Source: Saprospiraceae bacterium
Lineage (GTDB): Bacteria > Bacteroidota > Bacteroidia > Chitinophagales > Saprospiraceae
NCBI GenBank assembly: GCA_015490715.1
Contig: WFXH01000106.1
Span: forward strand, 2,177 to 66,176
Length of the DNA: 64,000 nt
Direction: 5' to 3'
Within the stretch, counting starts at the first letter, position 1. Every line of letters begins with the position of its first letter. Under the pieces are notes generated by a model. It searched no databases and was not told the DNA's origin. It worked only from the letters and a program-made list of their open reading frames with translations. This document shows positions 51,001 to 57,590 of the stretch, piece by piece. A program made the position numbers and the translations under genes.

Positions 51001-52183
51001 TTCAGAAAACCACCAGAGCAGTCTCATAAGGAGTAGCAAGGCGTTTGACAACCTCAATAATGTCGACATCGTGCTGACGCCCGATAAATCGAAGTGGTCG
51101 CGCTGTATTATCGTCGAGACGACCACCAGGCCGATGGTTGAGTTTACAGGGCTTCAGACGGTGGGCCGTGCGGTAGAGTTTCAGCTCCGGCAAGATCCCT
51201 CTGTGTCGAAGGATGCCGACGAAAACGGTATGCCCATTCCGGACAATAGCGGAACAGTCGGTATGGGATGGTTTCCGGGCTATGCGATCGATGTGGAGAC
51301 AGGGCAGCGGCTCAACATTTTCTTTGGAGAGGCATCGATCTACAACAATGAAAATTTCTCGGATTTCCTGGATACCATCAAGCCGCAGGATGGGCTCTTA
51401 CGCGGTGCCGATATGATGTTTAATCCGACCGATGAAATGATCTTTCCCGAGTTGCTGTTTGACTTCTTATTGCCGCCGGCTGTGTCGTTTTACGCTGGTG
51501 GTCAGCACAAGATTTACGTGACGAATACGCCGTATGATTCGTGTAAGAGCTTAGTGCGATATTTTGAGCGAAGTCACAACCGCAACATCAAAAGGGGTGT
51601 TGCGAAGATCACCTGGGCTGCGATTGCTACGCTGCAGCCGGGACAGAAGATGCTTTCCTACGCCGAGGGATTGGTACCCGATGAGGTGCGCATACGTTTG
51701 CGCGTCAACAATCCGTATGCCGTGTACAGCCTGACGGGCCAAAACAACGGCCACAACATGTATAAAATCACTTTCGAAGGGGTGCAGGCGCGTCCCATCG
51801 AGGAAGGCGAAGTGCCTGAAGCCCTTAAGGAGGTGCGCGTCGTGCCCAATCCCTATTACGGCCAGTCGGATTATGAGGGCAATCCGCTGGAAAACATCGT
51901 GAAAATCACCAATTTGCCCGAGCGATCGACGGTGACCATCTATTCACTCGATGGGCGCTTCATCCGACAGTATAAGCGCAACTTCCCCAAACCGCCACAG
52001 GGTGCCGTGGTGGGCGACAAGCAGTTTACGCCGGACCTCGTCTGGGATCTGAAAAACGACAAAAACATTCCGATATCGAGTGGCACGTATCTCATCCACA
52101 TTCGCGATGAAGATACGGGTCAGGAACGCATCATCAAGTGGTTTGGTATTATGCGTAAGTTTGATCCATCTACATTGCGTTAA
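48047..52183 (+). CDS. 1378-aa secreted protein of unknown function with a T9SS-like C-terminal sorting domain
   Basis: Signal peptide 'LRYLLLVGVFLGLWTPAEA'. The C-terminal ~115 aa, 'VRVVPNPYYG...STVTIYSLDGRFIRQY...SSGTYLIHIRDEDTGQERIIKWFGIMRK', fits the T9SS CTD beta-sandwich pattern. I recognised no catalytic motif. Starts 14 nt after the upstream gene. Confidence 0.65.
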   Translation: MMKRFQTNKRQSNMNMLRYLLLVGVFLGLWTPAEAYIVPGKKKKRVSKVELREKCKPPEAFADLSINNVRARLLTGGDLWWDGDGKARYVVPKVDPTSGEPEVSSLFAGSVWIGGFQGGNLKATALDYRTQGFSWFPGPLDDSTGTTDREICERWDRFFEVLGKEVRAHISNYNKRKEEGTLPIPEDEIPDGVKYWPAKGNRFFEERYLFPIPEGKQGFGTFADVNGNFIYDPEYGDFPTIEIRGCALSQEQVPDQMFFYVYNDKGAESTRFEGAVAMQMEVQVQAFAYQTSDEVNDMTFYRHKLINRATQRIDSTYFAMWVDPDLGCYVDDYIGCDTTGEVVLDTAGNFLGYRSRDLMFIYNSDEVDGNVGPECDQGVPTYGTNIPILGVDYFRGPKEFFFDSLGNPLDTFVELGMSSFMYYINTGSSPTPIPPMTDPDKITEVYNYMTGRWKDGTRLTLGGTGYDPQSTRYTRYAFPGWPNDPNGWSMCQEGTPPGDFRTIQASGPFILLPGVKNELIIGVVWVADQDYPCPSLDELIAADEKAQDLFDNCFDITDGPSAPNVDIIELDRELILVLTNDDPTLNNYKEQYKERILGAPPQMKDPFYYFEGYRIYQVAGPNVTRAELNDPEKAREIATFDIKNGVKKIYNWKAIPNPNKPSELVWVPELKVEGLDNGIRHTLRVTEDAFAESGAKRLINHKPYYFLVIAYAQNNELPFDPDSPLTTFETPYIEGRLNVGDENGFPYKGVPRPIIYQKLNADYGDGPKIEAYDGTGVNGQFLRIDQATEEKILNGTFDGIIGYEKGAGPIQVQIYDPLRCKDGVFWLYFYDSNNQDAVLDSDANWYMVSEDGDTIFSERTIERLNEQIIKKYGFAVSIAQTKEPGYSKEDNNGFIGVEYEYAQNKQQPWLFTVPNGFIYLFEFRGLNLQLRAFDFIQRNNENITKVDPAGAFASAFGQGFVPYILCDPETSTGLSVISPAWRHPTSENHQSSLIRSSKAFDNLNNVDIVLTPDKSKWSRCIIVETTTRPMVEFTGLQTVGRAVEFQLRQDPSVSKDADENGMPIPDNSGTVGMGWFPGYAIDVETGQRLNIFFGEASIYNNENFSDFLDTIKPQDGLLRGADMMFNPTDEMIFPELLFDFLLPPAVSFYAGGQHKIYVTNTPYDSCKSLVRYFERSHNRNIKRGVAKITWAAIATLQPGQKMLSYAEGLVPDEVRIRLRVNNPYAVYSLTGQNNGHNMYKITFEGVQARPIEEGEVPEALKEVRVVPNPYYGQSDYEGNPLENIVKITNLPERSTVTIYSLDGRFIRQYKRNFPKPPQGAVVGDKQFTPDLVWDLKNDKNIPISSGTYLIHIRDEDTGQERIIKWFGIMRKFDPSTLR

Positions 52184-52196
52184 AAAAAGCAAGAAC

Positions 52197-53285
52197 ATGA
52201 GGAAATACTTGATCCTTTGGAGTTTTTGGTGGATGTTTTTTGGGGTAGGCACTCTACAAGCGGGCAATCCAGACCGACAGGGAGAGGCAGGAGCCTACGA
52301 GTTGCTCATGAATCCATGGGCGCGATCGGCAGGATGGCACAGCATGGCGGCAGCATTTATCAGCGGATACGAGGCCGAGCGCATCAATCCCGCCGGGATC
52401 GTCGGCTTAAACAAGCTGGAGTTGGCCTTTGGGAGTGGGCAGTATTTGGTGCCCAGTGGGGTGACAATGAGTAGCTTAGGTTTTGCCTATCGACTATCGT
52501 CGAGTGCTGCCTTTGGCATAAGCTTGATGAACGTCAACGTCGGAGAGATCGATCTGACCACTGTCACCTCGCCCGAAGGCACAGGCGCCACCTTTTCGCC
52601 CACTCTATTCAATTTAGGGTTGAGCTATGCCTACGAGTTTAAAGACGAGGAAAATCCCAATGCAGGTCGAATCCGAGTCGGTGGGCTGTTGCGTATCATC
52701 TACGAAGGCATTACCGATGCCGTGGCTTCAGGAGTTGGGCTCGATGCCGGCGTGCAATACATTTCGGGCAAACGGGATCAGTTTAAATTTGGTGTGAGCT
52801 TGCGCAATCTCGGCACAAAGATGCAGTATCGCGGTACAGGTCTGGGCGTCGTACTCGTGCCCGGCGACATCCGTACTGAAATACAAGCCGCCGGATTTGA
52901 TATCCCTTCCCTGCTGCACATCGGTGCATCTTATGACCTCTACTTTGGCAAACAGCTGCGAACGACTGTTGCGGGCAATTTTACGGCTAACTCTTACTCA
53001 AGAGACGAAATTGGTATCGGTGCCGAAGTGGCCTTCTTAGAGCGCTTTATGATCCGTGCGGCGTATAAATACGACAACCGCTTTGGCTTCGACCAATACC
53101 TCGACAAGGTCAACAATGCCTATACGGGTCTGAGTCTGGGAGCGAGTTTTATTCTCGATCTCTTCCACACGTACAACGATGACGGCACGGTGCGTTCGAC
53201 CACCAAACTCGCTGTCGATTATTCGTATCGACACAGCAGTCCCTTTGCGGGGACACATAATCTGACACTTGCCATCAAAATATAA
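52197..53285 (+). CDS. PorV/PorQ-family outer-membrane beta-barrel protein
   Basis: Signal peptide from ATG 52197. 'GEAGAYELLMNPWARSAGWHSMAAAFISGYEAERINPAGI' parallels the PorV N-terminal signature (..FLLI.PDAR..G.G..G.A.......NPA.L). About 360 aa of alternating strands. Starts 13 nt after the upstream stop. Confidence 0.6.
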   Translation: MRKYLILWSFWWMFFGVGTLQAGNPDRQGEAGAYELLMNPWARSAGWHSMAAAFISGYEAERINPAGIVGLNKLELAFGSGQYLVPSGVTMSSLGFAYRLSSSAAFGISLMNVNVGEIDLTTVTSPEGTGATFSPTLFNLGLSYAYEFKDEENPNAGRIRVGGLLRIIYEGITDAVASGVGLDAGVQYISGKRDQFKFGVSLRNLGTKMQYRGTGLGVVLVPGDIRTEIQAAGFDIPSLLHIGASYDLYFGKQLRTTVAGNFTANSYSRDEIGIGAEVAFLERFMIRAAYKYDNRFGFDQYLDKVNNAYTGLSLGASFILDLFHTYNDDGTVRSTTKLAVDYSYRHSSPFAGTHNLTLAIKI

Positions 53286-53302
53286 CGGATCCGATCGCCC
53301 TT

Positions 53303-53707
53303 ATGGTCAAGCAGCTCGAGCACATCGGCATTGCCGTATCCGACATGGAGAAGGCCATCGATCTTTACAGTCGATTGCTTGGAAGGATGCCGTATAAGGA
53401 AGAAACGGTCGAAACCGAAGGGGTGCGCACCGTCTTTTTCCGAGTCGGTGAGGTAAAGATCGAACTGCTTGAAGGAATCGGTCCCGACAATCCCATCGAT
53501 CGCTTCGTGGCCAAGAGGGGAGCGGGGATCCACCATCTCGCCTACGAAGTAGAAGATATCTTTGAAGCGATTCGCTATTGCAAAGAACAGGGCTTCCACT
53601 TGGTCAACGAAGAGCCTCGGGTGGGAGCAGACAACAAATTAATCTGCTTTATTCACCCAAAATCCGCTGATGGGGTGTTGATCGAACTGTGTCAATCGAT
53701 CCAATAA
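53303..53707 (+). CDS. mce: Methylmalonyl-CoA epimerase (VOC family)
   Basis: 'LEHIGIAVSDMEKAIDLY', 'VKIELLE', 'GAGIHHLAYEVEDI', 'IHPKSADGVLIELCQ'. Confidence 0.85.
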   Translation: MVKQLEHIGIAVSDMEKAIDLYSRLLGRMPYKEETVETEGVRTVFFRVGEVKIELLEGIGPDNPIDRFVAKRGAGIHHLAYEVEDIFEAIRYCKEQGFHLVNEEPRVGADNKLICFIHPKSADGVLIELCQSIQ

Positions 53708-54469
53708 ATGCACTCCTCACTGAGTGTTGAGGAGGTCCTCCTTGCCTTAAGTGGAGGACTCATCGCAGGAAGCATCAATACTTTGGCCGGCAATGGCTCT
53801 GCAATTACCTTGCCCATATTGATGTGGGTATTGGGATTGCCGCCTCATCTGGCCAACGGAACCAACCGAGTGGGGATATTGATTCAGACGAGTTTGAGTT
53901 ACTTGGTCTTCCGGCGGCACAAAATGATTCGAGCAGAAGACTATGGGCTCTATATCTATCCCACCCTCATAGGTGCTCTGCTCGGTGTGATGATTGCGGT
54001 GTACATCCCGGCAGAGGCCTTTGTACGGACCTTTGGTCTACTCATGCTGCTGCTCTTAGCAGTAATAGCCTTTCGGACGAGTATACGAGCTTGGTCCGCA
54101 CCTAAGAGAGTTTCGGCTGGTAAGCTTAAGCTGTACAGTTTTATACTCGGCGTATATGGTGGTTTTATTCAAATGGGGATGGGCATCTTTTTCTTGCTCC
54201 TATTGATGGGCTTGACGCGGCGCAACATCATCGAGGCCAATGCCGTCAAGGTAACAGCTGTGGCGGTGTATACGGCCGTGATACTGGTCATTTTTGTGGC
54301 CTATGGAATGGTCGACTGGCAGATGGGCTTGCTCATGGCCGTGGGCCAGGGAATGGGCGGGTACTGGACGGCACGATGGGCAACGCGTCATCCGGCAGCT
54401 TCCACTTGGGCCTTTCGCATATTGATATTGTCGATGGGGCTCTCCGCATGGAAGGCCTTGACGGGTTAG
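53708..54469 (+). CDS. TauE/SafE family sulfite/anion exporter
   Basis: About 8 TM helices. 'GGLIAGSINTLAGNGSAITLPILM' and 'ANGTNRVG' are typical of TauE/SafE (DUF81). Starts directly after the mce stop. Confidence 0.7.
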   Translation: MHSSLSVEEVLLALSGGLIAGSINTLAGNGSAITLPILMWVLGLPPHLANGTNRVGILIQTSLSYLVFRRHKMIRAEDYGLYIYPTLIGALLGVMIAVYIPAEAFVRTFGLLMLLLLAVIAFRTSIRAWSAPKRVSAGKLKLYSFILGVYGGFIQMGMGIFFLLLLMGLTRRNIIEANAVKVTAVAVYTAVILVIFVAYGMVDWQMGLLMAVGQGMGGYWTARWATRHPAASTWAFRILILSMGLSAWKALTG

Positions 54470-54541
54470 CATTCAACCACCGACTATTGCGCGGTGTAAC
54501 TACTACGCAGAGCGTATCGTAACTCTATAAAATCACTTCAC

Positions 54542-55270
54542 ATGCAATACTCGAGAGCTGCATTGATCGCGCTGATGGCATTTCCAATGTTCTTGATGGG
54601 CTGTCAAGATCGTCCAACCGTCCGACTCTCTGGGGTGCGGACGGAAATCTCCTATTCGCTACCACCTTTTGAATCGATTTCGGCCAGTGGTATTTTTGAG
54701 CTCGTGCTCAATCCGGGCGATGAAGAGAGAATCACTATCCGCACGGATACCGCCATTTTACCCTTTCTTCATGTAACAGTGCAAGACAAAGAACTTCGCA
54801 TCGACATGGATAAAATCAAGATAAAAAAACAAGACAAAACCTCTCCAAGTGAGGAGATATTTCCGGAAATAGAGGTGGTCTATCGGGGTATAAAACGGTT
54901 GGCGTACAGGGGAGTGGGCGTGTTGCGGACAGGCGATACCCTACGGGCTACGGCTTTGAAGCTCATACACAAGGGTGTGGGGGCCCTGTATCTCGATGCG
55001 GTGGTTGATGGGGATATCGATGTGATGTATGAAGGTGTGGGAGAGATGCTCTTAACTGGCCATGCGCAGCGCATGCATTTGAAAGCCTCCGGGGTGGGCA
55101 AGATTGATGCGGGCGCATTTCGCGTGGTCAATGGAGTGGTAGAGGCCCGGGGTGTGGGTGAGGTAGTGCTGTTTGTGACGGACACCCTTTGGCTGGGGGC
55201 AAAGGGCATCGGAGAAATGTCTTTTACAGAGAAGCCCAGAATAATCCGTCCCTATGGCGATGATCGATGA
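54542..55270 (+). CDS. DUF2807 / head GIN domain protein
   Basis: Lipobox 'MFLMGC'. Repeated beta-helix-like 'G(V/I)GxL/I' units: 'YRGVGVL', 'HKGVGALYL', 'YEGVGEMLL', 'ASGVGKID', 'ARGVGEVVL', 'AKGIGEMSF'. Confidence 0.6.
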   Translation: MQYSRAALIALMAFPMFLMGCQDRPTVRLSGVRTEISYSLPPFESISASGIFELVLNPGDEERITIRTDTAILPFLHVTVQDKELRIDMDKIKIKKQDKTSPSEEIFPEIEVVYRGIKRLAYRGVGVLRTGDTLRATALKLIHKGVGALYLDAVVDGDIDVMYEGVGEMLLTGHAQRMHLKASGVGKIDAGAFRVVNGVVEARGVGEVVLFVTDTLWLGAKGIGEMSFTEKPRIIRPYGDDR

Positions 55271-55299
55271 TGTATCAACCCTTGAATAGGACATACACG

Positions 55300-55344
55300 C
55301 CGATCCTTCCTGTACGGTGAAGGAAGCCCTATCGGTCGAGTTTT
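55300..55344 (+). terminator. Imperfect hairpin plus T-run between the convergent GIN-domain gene and ilvE
   Basis: Arms ccgatccttcc / ggaagccctatcgg, followed by tcgagTTTT. Confidence 0.35.
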
Positions 55345-55369
55345 GGCATATGGCGGTAGGACGCATGTC

Positions 55370-56470
55370 TTATGCGTCGTTGGCATGAACGAGTTGGTTG
55401 AGAGCGCCAGTGGTTTTGACTGTCCAATGATATTTGTCGTCGACTTCACCGCGTTTGAGTTGGGTGAGGTAGTCTTTGAGTTTGAGGGAGAGCTGCCATT
55501 GGTCTGGCGGGAAGAACATGTCGATATCGCGATACCGTAGTTTTTGGACATTGGCGATGACGGCGGCGGTGCCGGAGCCGAAGCATTCGACGAAATCGCC
55601 GCGTTCGTAGGCGCGGACCAGGTCGAGGATATCGACTTTTTCTTCGCGCACGTCGTGTCCCCAATCGCGCAGAATGTGTATGATCGAATCGCGTGTGATG
55701 CCCGGCAAGATAGCACCGGTGAGTCTGGGCGTCAGTATACGGTCTTTGAAGACGAAGAAGATATTCATCGTCCCGACTTCTTGGACGAAGCGGAAGTCTT
55801 TGGGCTCCATCCACAACACTTGGTCGAAGCCCTGTTGTTGGGCCAGCTGGGTGGGATAGAGCGAGGCGGCGTAGTTGCCGGCCGTTTTAGCAAATCCCAC
55901 GCCGCCCTCGACGGCACGGATGTATTGGGTCTGGACCAATATGTTGAGGGGTTTGTTGTAATAGGGTCCAACGGGCAAGGTCATGATGAAGAATTTGTAC
56001 GATTGGGAGGGTTTGACACCGAGATGGGGGTCCCATGCGATCATGAGAGGGCGGATGTAGAGAGCAGCATCTTTGTCGTTGGGTATCCAGTGTTTTTCGA
56101 GTTCGACCAGTACTTTGAGTGCTTTGAGGAAGACCTCTTCGGGGAATTCGGGCATGCACATACGCCTTGCGCTGGTGTTGAATCTCTTGATGTGCATATC
56201 GGGGCGGAAGAGGAGCACTTCGCCCTGAGGGTTTTTCGTAGCTTTCATGCCTTCGAAGATGGATTGGCCGTAGTGCCAGGCGAGGTTGCCCGGGTGGGTG
56301 GGGATTGCACGGAGAGGTTCGATGCGGAAATTTTGCCACTTTCCGTCGACATAATCGGCCACAAACATGTGGTCGGTAAATTCTTTTCCAAAGCTGAGGT
56401 TTTGTAAGTCGACCTCGTCAATTCGACTCTTTTCGGCTCTCTGGATGTCGATGAAAATCTCTCCACTCAT
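55370..56470 (-). CDS. ilvE: Branched-chain amino acid aminotransferase
   Basis: 'FTDHMF', 'HYGQSIFEGMKA', 'LYIRPLM', 'VGPYY', 'AKTAGNYAASL', 'EVGTMNIFFV', 'LPGITRDSI', 'ECFGSGTAAVI'. ATG 56470 (MSGEIFI). Confidence 0.93.
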   Translation of the reverse strand: MSGEIFIDIQRAEKSRIDEVDLQNLSFGKEFTDHMFVADYVDGKWQNFRIEPLRAIPTHPGNLAWHYGQSIFEGMKATKNPQGEVLLFRPDMHIKRFNTSARRMCMPEFPEEVFLKALKVLVELEKHWIPNDKDAALYIRPLMIAWDPHLGVKPSQSYKFFIMTLPVGPYYNKPLNILVQTQYIRAVEGGVGFAKTAGNYAASLYPTQLAQQQGFDQVLWMEPKDFRFVQEVGTMNIFFVFKDRILTPRLTGAILPGITRDSIIHILRDWGHDVREEKVDILDLVRAYERGDFVECFGSGTAAVIANVQKLRYRDIDMFFPPDQWQLSLKLKDYLTQLKRGEVDDKYHWTVKTTGALNQLVHANDA

Positions 56471-56506
56471 GATCGTTAAATTTTTGTGCAAATTATGCGA
56501 TACTGC

Positions 56507-56514
56507 TACATTTG
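56507..56514 (+). promoter_or_regulatory. Candidate -7 box (TACATTTG)
   Basis: Match to TAnnTTTG, 16 nt before ATG 56531. This supports the shorter start for the downstream ORF. Confidence 0.3.
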
Positions 56515-56530
56515 TGCGATATTCAATGCG

Positions 56531-56980
56531 ATGCTACAGACCGACTTGTACATCATTCCGTCCGAAGACAAATCGTGTGTACATCATGCACCGTCCGCTC
56601 CCCGTGTGCTGGTGACTGTGCGGCAGGAGGATTTCACCCCTGAAGCGGAGGCACTACTTCAACGGATCATGCAATCCGTGCGCACGGATTACTCTACCGA
56701 CTGTGCGCTACTGGTTTTGTCTTCGAACACTTTCGTCCGATATTATAATGCCGTAAATATACGAAATGTTCGACAATTTCTCACATTTGGGGTGCCCTTT
56801 TCGCGTTTAGGGCTCATGGTTCGGGCTCGGACACATGAGTTCTTTCGGTTTCGTGGGATAAAATGTCTGTTGACGGTGCCGTTAGTCGAGCTCTTAGAGG
56901 AAAAGAGGGCCGGGCGTTCCGAAAAGCGACGAGCGCTGTGGAATCAACTCCAACGGATGTTTGAACTGAAAAAAGACTGA
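56531..56980 (+). CDS. Hypothetical protein (possible DNA polymerase III psi/HolD-like fold)
   Basis: 149 aa. 'PRVLVTVRQEDFTPEAEALLQRIMQSV' and the C-terminal 'KRRALWNQLQRMF' loosely parallel E. coli HolD as I recall it ('VRLVMVANDLPALTDPLVSDVLRAL', 'ARAALWQQIC'). Confidence 0.3.
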   Translation: MLQTDLYIIPSEDKSCVHHAPSAPRVLVTVRQEDFTPEAEALLQRIMQSVRTDYSTDCALLVLSSNTFVRYYNAVNIRNVRQFLTFGVPFSRLGLMVRARTHEFFRFRGIKCLLTVPLVELLEEKRAGRSEKRRALWNQLQRMFELKKD

Positions 56981-56987
56981 ATCAGCT

Positions 56988-57590
56988 ATGCGAAAACTCT
57001 TTGTAGCGACATCCAATGCACACAAACTGGATGAAATGCGCTCCATCGTCTCTGACGAATGGCAGCTCGTTGGCATGCACGAAGCGGGATTTAGGGGGGA
57101 TATTGACGAGGATGGCGAGACCCTGGAGGAAAATGCTTATTTGAAGGCCAGAGCTCTTTTTGACCATCTCGGTGGGGGGTGGGTCATTGGCGAAGATACG
57201 GGGTTGGAGGTAGATGCCCTTGATGGAAGGCCTGGTGCGCGCACGGCGCGCTTTGCTGGCGAAGGAGCCACGGCGCAAGAAAATATGGCCAAGTTGTTGC
57301 ACTTATTAAAAGGAGCAAGCGACAGAAGTGCACAGTTTCGGACCGTCATTACGCTCATAGATCCCCATGGCAAAGTCCACTATTTTGAGGGAATCTGCAG
57401 GGGGCGCATTGCGGAACAACCAATGGGCATGGGAGGATTTGGTTACGATCCCATTTTTATACCTGAGGGCTATGAAAAGAGCTTTGCTGCCTTGCCAGCC
57501 GAAGTGAAAAATCGCATAAGCCATCGTGCGCGTGCTCTTGCCGAGCTGCGCGATTTCATTCGACATCTGGAGGAGAAGCCTGCTCCGTAG
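56988..57590 (+). CDS. rdgB: RdgB/HAM1 non-canonical purine NTP pyrophosphatase
   Basis: 'VATSNAHKLDEM', 'EDGETLEENA', 'GEDTGLEVDALDGRPGARTARF', 'GGFGYDPIF', 'SHRARAL'. Confidence 0.92.
   Translation: MRKLFVATSNAHKLDEMRSIVSDEWQLVGMHEAGFRGDIDEDGETLEENAYLKARALFDHLGGGWVIGEDTGLEVDALDGRPGARTARFAGEGATAQENMAKLLHLLKGASDRSAQFRTVITLIDPHGKVHYFEGICRGRIAEQPMGMGGFGYDPIFIPEGYEKSFAALPAEVKNRISHRARALAELRDFIRHLEEKPAP

Noticed and set aside
48047-52183. Possibility that the 1378-aa protein is PorU (the T9SS sortase usually encoded next to porV)
   Set aside because: The size and position fit, but I could not find gingipain/C25-like His and Cys catalytic blocks, and the N-terminal motifs look unrelated. I keep this as the explicit refutation test for the main finding rather than as the call.
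44367-53285. Classical polysaccharide utilisation locus (SusC/SusD plus glycoside hydrolases)
   Set aside because: No SusD/RagB-like lipoprotein, glycoside hydrolase, hybrid two-component system or ECF/anti-sigma pair is present in or beside the locus.
55544-56407. 287-aa ORF antisense to ilvE
   Set aside because: ilvE is recognisable across its full length on the minus strand. The antisense product is low-complexity G/D/V/E/F. The same applies to 57742-58512 (opposite fabH), 9263-9919 (opposite yceI), 14462-15277 (opposite gcvP), 29037-29750 (opposite the M28 gene), 20913-21389 and 21498-22112 (opposite accC/accB), and 22460-23189.
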